The notes below the pieces were generated by a model that was not told the DNA's origin, ran no database searches, and was given only the letters and a program-made list of their open reading frames with translations. A stretch of DNA of 64,000 nucleotides from Tubulanus polymorphus. Taxonomy: Eukaryota; Animalia; Nemertea. Positions within the stretch are counted from its first letter, which is position 1; every line of letters begins with the position of its first letter. The stretch is from NCBI RefSeq assembly GCF_964204645.1, contig NC_134030.1:479355-543354 (forward strand), given 5' to 3'. The position numbers were made by a program, and so were the translations under genes. Positions 1 to 12,470 of the stretch are shown one piece after another.

Positions 1-206
1 CACGCACGTCATCACTTTACGCGTGGCGCCGGTCCGACCTATAAACTACTGACGTCGATGATAATCGCTACGCAATAAACAGTGACGTCATGGGGTGTTG
101 TGTCGCTTTGGATGTGAAAATATTCGAATTATTCAAATATGGCGTGTGTCAGACGCGCATGCGTGTAATTAGTTAGTTGTAATGACCAATAGACGTAGGG
201 TTAGAC

Positions 207-234
207 CTTGGAGTAATCATTGAATTACTCCAAG
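207..234. mobile_element. 28-bp hairpin micro-element with 7-bp TSD (GTTAGAC)
   Basis: GTTAGAC|CTTGGAGTAAT cattga ATTACTCCAAG|GTTAGAC. Confidence 0.6.
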
Positions 235-494
235 GTTAGACTCAGTTCCGGTGAGTTTCGCCCCAGTAAGTAAGGGCACTGCGTGACCCCGGAAACAGGT
301 GCGCGCTTAGGGAACACCTCACCGTGACGTCATTCATGCAAAATTCATGTATTTCGCGTTTGCTCATATGATAACACATATTAACGGTTATGTCTATTAA
401 ATTAACACGTTGCCGTGCCAACTACACACAACAATCTATCTATAGTTTTATAATGAATATGTTTCGTTTGTGTAACGTCAGGGTACGTCTTTGT

Positions 495-665
495 TTGTCA
501 CCAGGACGCGCTGTAAGGATGCGACGGGGTATTAGTTCAGTGCGCTGTCACCAGGGCGCGCTGTAAGGATGCGACGGGTATCAGTTCTGCGCGCTGTCAC
601 CAGGGTGCGCTGTAAGGATGCGACAGGGTATTAGTCCAGCGAGCTGTCACCAGGGCGCGCTGTAA
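495..665. repeat. Tandem repeat of about 50 bp (about 3.5 copies)
   Basis: Repeated tgtcaccagggcgcgctgtaaggatgcgac. Confidence 0.8.
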
Positions 666-2904
666 GCATATTTATCTTGCCTGATTGATCGACTTCAACC
701 TGTTCTGGAGACTAAAATGTATTTACGATGCACTCGTCGTGTAGAGTCGTCAGAGTCGGCTGCCTTTCTTGAATAAATAGAAACATCGTTGCGTTTACCC
801 CCTTTACACACAGCGCCTCATTCATACACAAACTCCTTCTCACAGCGAGCACCTGCGAGCACCTGTTGAAACAGGTCCCAAGATACGCTCATCACAAAAC
901 TGTTTCAAGAGAAGGAAGTGAATGAGGAAGTGAATGAGGAAATGGAGGAGGAAGTGAACAAACGAGAATAGGACGCGTTTCACGATAAAGTGCCCCAACC
1001 GATCACGTGTCAGTCACGTGGGCGGACCTAGAGGCCAATTTTGAAGGATTTGTCACATCCCAAACGATGTCCGCAAAGGTAGGCGCACTACCGCAATGAT
1101 ATTTCCTGCAGATTGTCTGAAGGGGTTGCAGGGTTCAGGCTGCTGGTCGATACCGGCCTATTCCCGGTGACGACAGGACCCGTGGCTCCCCCTGTGTGTG
1201 AGATCCAGAAATAGGATCCGGGTTTTTATCGAAGTGACGCAACCGGATGTAGAATTCATATTGAAAAGAATATATATATATATGTATAACACTAAGAGAA
1301 TATACGCGCGCATGTGTAGTGAGATCAGTTAACGGCGAGCTGGTTTAACGTGACAAGTGCTCGCTCGATTCTGTAAGTAAATTACAGCGAGTTTATAGTA
1401 TTGTAATAATACACAGTTCTATACAGGCCTACTACGCACATCTGTCGAAATGTAACAGATGTTTAAATATTGGGTCACGTGGTCTCCCCCTCTCTCCCCC
1501 ACCATAACAATAATAACAATGTATGGCACAAGTTAACTTTGGACTTTTATATGCAGGTATCAGCCTGTAACCAGCAGCCCCTATCTGACAATCTGCAGCC
1601 TGTAACCAGCAGCTAATGTCTGGTGTTTCAGGTTGATTTTTAACATGCGAAGTGTGGACGATCAGTTTTTGAAAGTTTGCTGATAAAATGTCTAATGTCT
1701 GGCGTTTGCATATGTAGTTCAGTTTCAAGGTAGAGTTCTAAACACATGTGAAGTGTGGACGATCATTTTTGATCGTATAAAGATAGCTGATGAAATATCT
1801 AATATTTAGGGGGGGGTGCAGGGCGGGGGGTGCAGGGCGCAGGCTCTGTAGTGTACGGATATTTCATACTGATTTGCTCGGGTTTTACTGTAGTAGTTGT
1901 TGTTGCACGCAATAGTTTGAATCAGTCCGGAGTGAAGGATATACTGTGGCTCTACTGCAGCTAATAGTGGATATTCCCTCCTTAATCTAATTATCGTCTC
2001 ACTAATAGTGAATATTCAGTATATACCAACCGTTAAATAATACACGGCCGCCAGATCTAGGGTGTCTGGTTCAGAGGGAAGGGATGCACCCCAAAAATAA
2101 TTGAAAGAGTGTCCCGAATGAAAGCTTATCAAGAAACAGTAATTGATTTTTGAAAACACAGAGAACAAGCTATATATGAATTAAACTTTTAAAGGACATT
2201 TTTCATGTTCCCCAAACAATTTCAGAGCAACTTAACAACTTGACCTGCTCCCCGCACCATCCCCATGGATCTGCCCCCTTTCAACAGCATCGTCCCCCTG
2301 GACCTGCCCCAGTCCCCTCGGAATCTGCCCGTCATGCGCGGAATATCAATTTAAGATTCTGAACAAATTCCAGACGCTCGTTAAATATGTTGTTTTCCAC
2401 GACGCGGTGTTTATAGGCGCGGGGATATTATCGCAATAAAAACATGTCCCGCCCAAGGCTAAAGAAAAATGACACCTTGTTTCTCCTAAACGATTGGTCA
2501 TTTTATAAACCGCGATAAAATTTGTAATCAGCTCATTTCTGTAGCTTCCGGTCTGATATTGTTCGCTTGATCGTGATTTTTAGAAAAAGTAATCGTACAG
2601 GGCAGATAGATTAAGCTCAGCGGATATGAGGAACACGGTAACAATTTTGTTAGCCTTAGATTGACTGACGAACGAATAAAAACGTTTCCCGCTTGTTAAT
2701 TAATATAAATAATTACCTTCACACGGATCCTATATCCCGTAATTAGTTCCAGTCAGTCAGTCAGTATATATATATATATATCATACGAATACTCCGGATA
2801 TGGATATTGTTGATATGATATTTCATGTAAGAAGTTCAAGTGTACAAAGTCATATATATATATATATATCCTACTACTAATGTAGGCCTACACGCATAAC
2901 AAGC

Positions 2905-3152
<248 letters not shown>

Positions 3153-3289
3153 ATATCTGAATCGTTGATAAAAAAACCCACATCAACATTTTATTTACTG
3201 TCCTAATTCTTTATGAATGAGTCAAATTCGCTTAATATACGAATGGGTGATTGTGACAACCTTACTGACCTATATCGTGTACAATGGGA

Positions 3290-3765
3290 CGATCGATTTA
3301 TCCAAATGATGACCTACACTTAGTAAATTGAATTAGAAATACAAATTGAGACTCAAAAATAGAGATGAATTCAGTAATGTGACGATTTATCCAAATTATG
3401 ACTTACACTTAGTAAATTGAATTAGAAATACAAATTGAGACTAAAAAATAGAGATGACTTCAGTAATGTGACGATTTATCCAAATTATGACTTACACTTA
3501 GTAAATTGAATTAGAAATACAAATTGAGACTAAAAAATAGAGATGACTTCAGTAATGTGACGATTTATCCAAATTATGACTTACACTTAGTAAATTGAAT
3601 TAGAAATACAAATTGAGACTAAAAAATAGAGATGACTTCAGTAATGTGACGACTTATCCAAATGATGACTTACACACTTTTAGTGAATTGAATTAGAAAT
3701 ACAAATTGAGACTAAAAAATAGAGATGACTTTAGTCATGTGACGACTTATCCAAATAACGACTCA
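3290..3765. repeat. 89-bp tandem repeat (about 5 copies); same family at about 58626-58880
   Basis: Unit starts at 3381, 3470 and 3559. Confidence 0.9.
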
Positions 3766-3855
3766 GAGAATGAATTTGACAATCCACATGTGTTGTTTTT
3801 TTTATCATGTGAAGGTTCATTTTGTTTGTGTTTGTGTTTATCAGATTATTAATAG

Positions 3856-4182
<327 letters not shown>

Positions 4183-4809
4183 ACTCAAGACGTACAACAA
4201 GACCATGTCTCTTCTCTCTCAGTGGAGTCGCGTTCACGCTTTAAAAACGTTCTAAATTCAGTCCGTTCCGAATCAGAAAATGATTTTTGAAATTTTGAAC
4301 AAAAAAAAAAACGAAAAATGAAAAAAAATCCGAGTAAAAGTTCAAATCAACGATAGTTGATAATGAGATATCGATATAATATGAGATCTCATTGTCCCCT
4401 CCCCCGCAACACCTGTTCAACCATCGTCATCGTTCGTCCGTGTCGTAAATATCAATCTAAGATTATTTTTAATCAGATTACAATCAGAAGGGTGACATCT
4501 GCGTCGTGGCGCTGTGGTGAGGATTGATAATTCCTTTATCCGTTGACATGCCACCGCCTCTCGTATAGATATATAGATATAGATATATGTAAGGAGGCGC
4601 GGGGGCGGACGAGAGACTGGGTCATACTGGTCCGTTCTGCTGGTCAGAGCGACACCAGTTCCACAATCAACAGCGACCGTAATCAACCAGAGTTTTAACA
4701 CTACTGTCATTATACAATGTCGCCACATTTCAGTTCCTGGTTTCACAAACGTGAGTTCAGATTTAACCTAATTTATTGAGAATGAACTAAGTAGATCATT
4801 CATAGATTT

Positions 4810-5450
4810 CTTGATCCTGAGTTCAGAGTTAACTCAAACACACAACTGTGGAACTGGATCCTGAGTTCAGGGTTAACTCTAACACACAACTGTGGAACTG
4901 GATCCTGAGTTCAGGGTTAACTCTAACTCACAACTGTGGAACTGGATCCTGAGTTCACAGTTAGCTCTAACTCACAACTGTGGAACTGGATCCTGAGTTC
5001 AGAGTTAACTCTAACTCACAACTGTGGAACTGGATCCTGAGTTCAGAGTTAACTCTAACTCACAACTGTGGAACTGGATCCTGAGTTCACAGTTAGCTCT
5101 AACTTACAACTGTGGAACTGGTTCCTGAGTCAGAGTTAACTGTAACTCACACCACTGTAGAACTGGATCCTGAGTTCAGAGTTAACTGTAACTCACAACT
5201 GTAGAACTGGATCCTGTGTTCACAGTTAGCTCTAACTCAAGACAACTGTGGAACTGGATCCTGAGTTCAGAGATAACTCTATCTCACAACTGTGGAACTG
5301 GATCCCGAGTTAACTCTAACTCACGACAGTGGAACTGGATCCCGAGTTAACTCCAACTCACAACTGTGGAACTGGATCCTGAGTTAATTCTAACTCACAA
5401 CTGTGGAACTGTATCTTGAGTTCAAGGTTAATTCTAACTCACACAACTGT
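4810..5450. repeat. Minisatellite of about 44 bp with an AACTGTGGAACTGGATCC core
   Basis: The same core occurs in arrays at 12015-12400, 30608-30980, 39150-39275, 48975-49200 and 63285-63550. Confidence 0.9.
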
Positions 5451-7067
5451 GGGTCTATACTAATTACCAACCTATATTCCACTGGTCGGGGGGGGGGGCT
5501 TGCTAGACAAACTTACACTGGATTGATAGACCCTGGTTCCTTGCACAGTTCAAATATATTTCAGTCTCATTGCAGATGAATAAAATTGGAGAAACATTTT
5601 GCTTCGAAATGTTCTTGAAAATCACCGACTGGGGATTTTTACCTACTTTGAATATTTTGGGATTTTTACCTACAGCCACTCGAACAGATGTAGGTTTTAA
5701 TTGCTAAATTTGTTACAGGATTTTCAAATCGTTTAACCTATTATATTATCATGTTATTATTGGTTACTTCATGATTTCAATCAGGACAAAACTCAAACTT
5801 TCAATTTAACATTTTCCACGAAATTTGACAAACAGGTTAATTTCAGTAACCTATATAGCTCAGAGTTCCAGTTTGAGATTATATCTGAATTATATAACTC
5901 ATCGAAAGTTCATTGAACTCTCTAAGTCAAGAGTCAAAACTAACCCGTCATTTCAGGTCATTTCGTCGGTTCATCGTGGTTCAATTTGGTCATCATTTTG
6001 CTAATAACGATCGACCCGACTAGGATAGGTTGTAATGCCATAATCATGATATAAACATCTAACATCAAATAGATATGATTATATTGTTTTGCCATCAACT
6101 TACTTGTTTTTTCCACACAATTAGAATCGCCGAATTCCCTTAATGTTTTACGAACATTCGCTAAAAATCCCAACACGGCGCAGTTCGAAATAGCTTAACG
6201 ATTTAACTGCGGTCGAAACAGAACGGTTTAGATGAAAATATGACTTCCTGGTTGGTTAGGCCTCAAACTGCAGGTATTAACAAATTATAGAAAATTGCTC
6301 GTCAAAAATCCGCGAATATGATTTATGACTGACACACACGTGTACAGGACATACACTCGTGTAAAGTCTACAATTAGATAAAGCTTTGTTCGATCAGAAT
6401 AATATCAGCGTTAAAAACCAAACGACGATTTATAGTATATACTACGCTGAATTAATTATTAATACCCGTTCAATTGTTATAATTACGTAACAGGCCGACG
6501 GTAGAACTCTGGGTGGCGACAACTTGATTGTAGACACGCACGTAGAATTCGGTTGATAATTTATAACCCATATATTGCATAATAATAGGTTGAACTATAA
6601 AGCGACAAAACGCCGTGCAATAAAAATGTATCTTACAAATACAGTAAATATAGAATAACTACATAAAACAGTATTGTTTATCAATGTTTACCGTAAATAG
6701 ATCTATAAACGGATAACAAAGCGCGGCAATAAATACATCTATTTCACCCCCTTCAAAATACGATTGATTTATTTTTGATTGTAAACAAGGAACAATAATA
6801 GAATGCGATTTGTGTGAATAACAGGTTGTTGTATGTAGTTCACCTCAACCACGCGTAGTCGTATTGTTGTCCGTTTTGCACGGTTCAGTTTCACAAAAAC
6901 GATTAACGCCTAAATCGATTTAAGATAAACTGAATTAATTAATTATTAAACCGATTTAAGAGTTAAACCTTTTTGTGAAACTGGACCCAGTGTGATAAAA
7001 TATAATATGGCTAAAACCTAGTTCTTCTAATCGCTCGGGACATTTTGTAAACAGCAATTAAATTTAA

Positions 7068-7210
7068 TAAGATAAAATCCCACTATTTACAGATTAAAAG
7101 AATTTAAAAACCAGAATTTATTTATTAAATCTAAAATATATAAAAGACACGACGTTTCGATCTGACCCTAGAGATCATCGTCAGGTGTGAGATTAAGATT
7201 AAAAACGGGG
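7068..7210 (-). mobile_element. Penelope-like terminal-repeat fragment carrying an intact minimal hammerhead motif
   Basis: Minus strand 7190-7146: ACAC-CTGACGA-T-GATCT..AGATC-GAAAC-GTC-GTGT. Related copies at 7817-8005 (inverted), 31389-31585 and 52591-52720. Confidence 0.6.
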
Positions 7211-7816
7211 GTATATATACAGAGGAGGACAGGTTAATTGAGTAAATTGGTGAGTGAGTAAATAATTAGTGTTTGGCAAGGCATGAAGTAATATACAAGG
7301 GAATTATGCGATCTAGCAATTAAATTTGTAATCAGTTCGTTTTAATCAGTTGGGTCTGTTTTACGCTGTCTCTCATCTCGAATCTGGTCTCATCTGGTGT
7401 CGGCGTACACGGCTATCGTTAGGAGTCATAATTTCAAAAAAAGTAACGCGAAGGGTAGTAAGGCGGCCGGTCGACTTTTTAACTCAGCAAAAATGAGAAA
7501 CCAGGAATCAGATTGTAGAATTGTTTCGAAGTTAACTGTCATTTGTCACCTGTCGACTGTCATCAGTTCGACAGCTGTCGGTAAAATTGAAAAATAACGA
7601 GGTTAATTAATGGAATGAGAGACAAAATCTCCATGAATATATTTGTAGCTTTGCACAAAATATCTACGTACATATGCAAAACGGCATCATTTAGTACGTG
7701 TATATATATGTACATGCTCATTCTGAACGGTTCCGTTAGTTTTCAGTAGTCCTGAAGATGACTATCAGGATTTAGTCGAAAAGTCGAATAAATTACTTTA
7801 GAACTCTGAACTCAGT

Positions 7817-8005
7817 AACATAACCTGCACACTCAAACCCGGTGACCGGGTAATAAGATTAAAAAACCCAATCTCACCATAGAGGTCATATCTAGGGTGA
7901 GATCGAAACTTCGTGTATTTTATATCTTAGATTTTTTGAATAAATAAATTCTCGATTTTGAAATTATTTTCATTTGTAATACGATAGTGGGTATTTATCC
8001 TATTA
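7817..8005 (+). mobile_element. Degenerate inverted copy of the same Penelope-like repeat
   Basis: Reverse complement matches 7068-7210 and 31389-31585; the hammerhead core is decayed. Confidence 0.5.
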
Positions 8006-8467
8006 TTTCAGACTCGTTTTTGTTTGTGTGTCTATTTTGGGATTTTGATTTCGTAATCTCATGATCGTGAGATATCGTTATAACGCGCGCGCTCGGATTC
8101 AAGGATTCCACAAGCATCACGTCACAAACCGCTCCGTACGTTTACGTTCTAGAGATTCAATTATCGCCTCGAGTATTAAACCGTGGACACTAAAAAACCT
8201 TACGTCACACATGTGCTGTGACGTCACATCGCATCGGCGTCATCTTCACAGTGCGGTTGAAACCGGTGGTCATTAAACCCGCAGCGGCCAGCAGCAGGCT
8301 GTAGCCAGCTGCCAGCAGCCAGCACCAGGCTGTAGCCCTAATCAACCTCAATCGAATTTCTTCCAGATTTTGATAGTCTACAGTTAACGCTGGGGATATC
8401 ACTGATTACTGTAAGCTGGTGCCGTTACTGTATGGTTATGATATGTAAACAATTTCTCTCTACCTCG

Positions 8468-8498
<31 letters not shown>

Positions 8499-11364
8499 TA
8501 CAACTCCGCTGCAGCCTAAGAGAGAGAGGATCATGATATATATATATATATGTGAGATCTATAAATGTGTATTTACACGGATACTTACGATTTTAAGAAC
8601 AGTTTATATATCTGTGTAGTTGTTTACAGCAGCACTAGCACAGTCTCTCTCTCTCTCGCGGTAGCGGCCGCTTTTTGGTAAAATTCGTTCGTGTAAATAC
8701 GTTTATATATATAAATAAATTAGAAGTCCAAGCGAATGTATAAATCCGAGTTGATATTAATGAATAGTTGCATGAGCAGCAACAACAACAAACGTCGTAG
8801 GTTAATAAATCTACACCGAGTAGTAATCACACTCCTCTCCAGTATTGTGTGTATGTGAACTGACTGTCGGCGGTATGTGAGTGTTATATCGAGTTGAGAA
8901 TGTATGGTCCACACCCAACCCACACCAGGTCTCGTGTTGCCTCCTCACTGCGACGCAACGACTATCAACGACGACACGATACTATAAAACCATACACTGA
9001 CACTCACACACATCGTCATATACTGTAAAATCATTATAGGTGATGATGCGATCGACGCACTGTTGCGGCTGCGGCGGCGGCTGCGACTGTTCCTGCGTAC
9101 TGCGTTCTCTCTTTCCACCGCAGAGTGTGTGTGTATGCGCTGGATCGATTGAACACCACGCGCGCGCGCAGTCTCTCTCTGATGTCAGACAGTACCACCA
9201 TGTGTGTACGTACAGCACTGTACGTCTGACTGTATGCTAATAGCTTGTGTGTGTGTGTGTGTGTGTGACGTCATCAACAACACCAGTACAACATCATCAT
9301 CGTCAAGGTGAGGGCGTCAGTGCGCATGCGTGCACATCTGGCAAAAGCGCGAATGGTCGCAGCAGTTAGGTGACGAGAGAGAGGGCGGTCATTGCCCGGC
9401 CGGGATTGGGGATGAGTGAACGCATCGCCTGGTGAGGCACTGTCGACACCTTGCTCTCCGGAAAAAATCATGCGGCATTCAGGAAGTACAAGGAAGAAAC
9501 GATCACTAGCTCTGATGATGAGCTGAATGAACCAGTTAGCGTACCGGTATTGTGCCGGTACGTAGGTACATAGGGAAGTGCTGATTTACTTTTCATCTCC
9601 TGCCCTAAAGTAACATCAAACATTATTCGTGGCCGGGTAGGCATACGAGGTGAAAGGTGTCCATTTTACTCACTCGATGGCCCAAGTGGATCTAGCAGTT
9701 CCAGTCAATGAACACTGCGTCGTGAATAACAATTGGGTATTTTGGCGAAGAGGCAGAAAACCCTAAATACAGCAGCAAAGCAGCGATAACGGTTTGCTGC
9801 ATCATTCATCCATATACGAACTGAATTGGGGGGGGGGGGGGGTGGGGTATTGAGAAGGATTGGGGCAGCATTGATTAAATCATATTCAGTACACAGTGTT
9901 CTAGATCTAGGCAGTAATATGTTTAGTAGTCCTGTGCAACAGGTTTGTGTGTCATAAAATCGTTGAAAACTATTTTACTTTTGTGAATGTTGTTTCATAA
10001 CAATCATTGAAATGTTTAAAAATATATCGCAATGTACGACTCGGGTTGGGGAGTGCAGCAGTTGTGTGGAATTTCTCAATACAAAACACATAAGTGTCCT
10101 AATAATATTACCGAGGAACTTCGTTACAGCGAACTTCAGGGAGCCATAAAATCAGTTCGTTATAACCGACAGTTCGTTATATCCAGTATGAAATTGATTA
10201 TATTTTCCTATTTGGGATGATGAATCGTCGTAGACACGAGTTCGTTGTAATGAGGTTCCACTGTATTTGCATTATGCACATTATATACTCATGTAATGTT
10301 AAGATTGTTTTTTTATTTTATCCACAAGTTTGTATACTGTGGAAGCGTCGTCTATGTTGGCGCTGGATAGAAATAATATGTCGAAATTTAATTATCTTCG
10401 GTAGCTTGAAGAAACGACTTCGGTCGCGACAGACTTTATCTCAACGTAATAACTCTTGCTCCATCTAACGGAATATGCAGTTAGTCGTTCTCGGCACCAA
10501 CCCGCCACCGCCTGGAAATAATTGTAATAAACCGTCAACTGCTGCCATCTACATTTCAACTGTGGCAAGTGGAATACAAAATAAAACGCCCTCCGCTACC
10601 GCCATCTACAGCTTGACTCTGGCAAGTGAAATACAGCGTAGCGCAAAACAAATTCAGGTCAAATATATTTAATTATGAAAAATGTACCTAAATGCCTCGA
10701 ACATACACAAAAATAAACCCATAATCGAACAAAATATATTCGCTTATAATCGAGATGATTATGATTAATTATAATGTATAATTAGTGATTGTGATGATTT
10801 TTGTTTTACTGCTCGTCATCCGGGTATTTTAGTCTAATTGTCGGCCATGTTTTTATTGAGAATTACAATGAAAAAATCGGAATTAGTTCAGCATCGTCGG
10901 AACTGTAGGGATAGATTACTGGACTGTGAGGAGTCGATTTAAATGCTGATGTAAATATGAAGTTTTAACCCTAGAATTAGAGATTAACTGTGTATGACAT
11001 TGAAGTAGAGAGAGGGGGGTGGGATAGGAGAGAGAGGGGGAACAGATCTGTTGTTGTTGTGAGAGTGTGTGTGGCGCCTCCCGATCTGCCCTGCTGCTCG
11101 GGGGTGGTAGGCTTAGGCCTACTCTTGAGTTTTCCGATTCGAACAAGATGAAAACGAACAGGTCACGATTTGTAAAGGTGCATCCCTCACCCTCACTCAC
11201 TGCCTCGTCCAAGAGCTGTTTGTGTATAATAACATTGTTTTATCACAGATTGTGAAGGTCAGGTACTGTGTCTGTGAGTGATGATGAAGAACTGCTGCTG
11301 CTGCTGCTGTCCTCGTCACAGTTTGCTGTCACAGTGACAGTTTATATATCTGTAGTTAAATGTT

Positions 11365-11880
11365 TCACACTGTCTGATGCTGTCTATTAAAATGATTAAA
11401 GGTCCCACTGTCTGTTTGCTGTCCGATGCTGTCTAACTCTAGATGGTTATTTAATGATTGTACTGTATTTTTGATTGCAGGTTGTTTTGAAGGAGGTTAC
11501 GCTGTCTGTCTGTCTGTTTGCTGTCTGATGCTGTCTATTAAAATGATTAAAGGTCCCACTGTCTGTTTGCTGTCCGATGCTGTCTAACTCTAGATGGTTA
11601 TTTAATGATTGTACTATTTTTGATTGCAGGTTGTTTTGAAGGAGATTACGCTGTCTGTCTGTTTGCTGTCCGATGCTGTCTAACTCTAGATGGTTATTTA
11701 ATGATTGTACTGTATTTTTGATTGCAGGTTGTTTTGAAGGAGGTTACGCTGTCTGTCTGTCTGTTTGCTGTCCGATGCTGTCTAACTCTAGATGGTTATT
11801 TAATGATTGTGCTGTATTTTTGATTGCAGGTTGTTTTGAAGGAGGTTACGCTATCTGTCTGTTTGCTGTCCGATGCTGTC
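11365..11880. repeat. Compound tandem repeat in the ACVR2 upstream intron
   Basis: Four copies of gatgctgtctaactctagatggttatttaatgattgtac..gcaggttgttttgaaggag. Confidence 0.85.
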
Positions 11881-12470
11881 ATGATGACTCGATGTACACA
11901 TTTCAGAATGATTGCGACACTGACAGTGTTAGCAATAATGACATGTTCAGGTCAGTTATTGATATATCTCTGTTCAACACGTATTCCACTGTTTCCACCC
12001 GTTTCCACAATTACCGTGGAACTGTATCCTGAACTGTGGAACTGGGTTCAGAACTGTGCAACTGGGTTCAGATCTGTGCAACTGGGACTGGGTTCAGAAC
12101 TTCAGAACTGTGGAAATGGATGCAGAACAGTGGAACTGGGTCCAGAACTGTGAATCTTGGTCCAGTGGATGCAGAACTGTGGAACTGGGTTCAGAACTGT
12201 GGAACTGGGTCCAGAACTGTGGAACTGGGTCCAGAACTGTGGAACTGGATCCAGAACCTGAACTGGATCCAGAACTGTGGAACTGGATCCAGAACTGTGG
12301 AACTGGATCCAGAACTGTGAATCTTGATCGAGTGGTTGCAGAACTATGGAACTGGTTCTACAGCTGTGGAACTTGGTCTGGAACTGATGAACTTGGTCCA
12401 GTATTGTTAAGATAGATTCATTGTACCTATTTATGAATAAGTTCTAATTGTATGTGATATTTTGTTGTAG

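Noticed and set aside
4417-4746. Minus-strand ORF with a signal-peptide-like start (MWRHCIMTVVLKLWLITVAV)
   Set aside because: No convincing donor, downstream exons or recognisable domain; cannot be supported.
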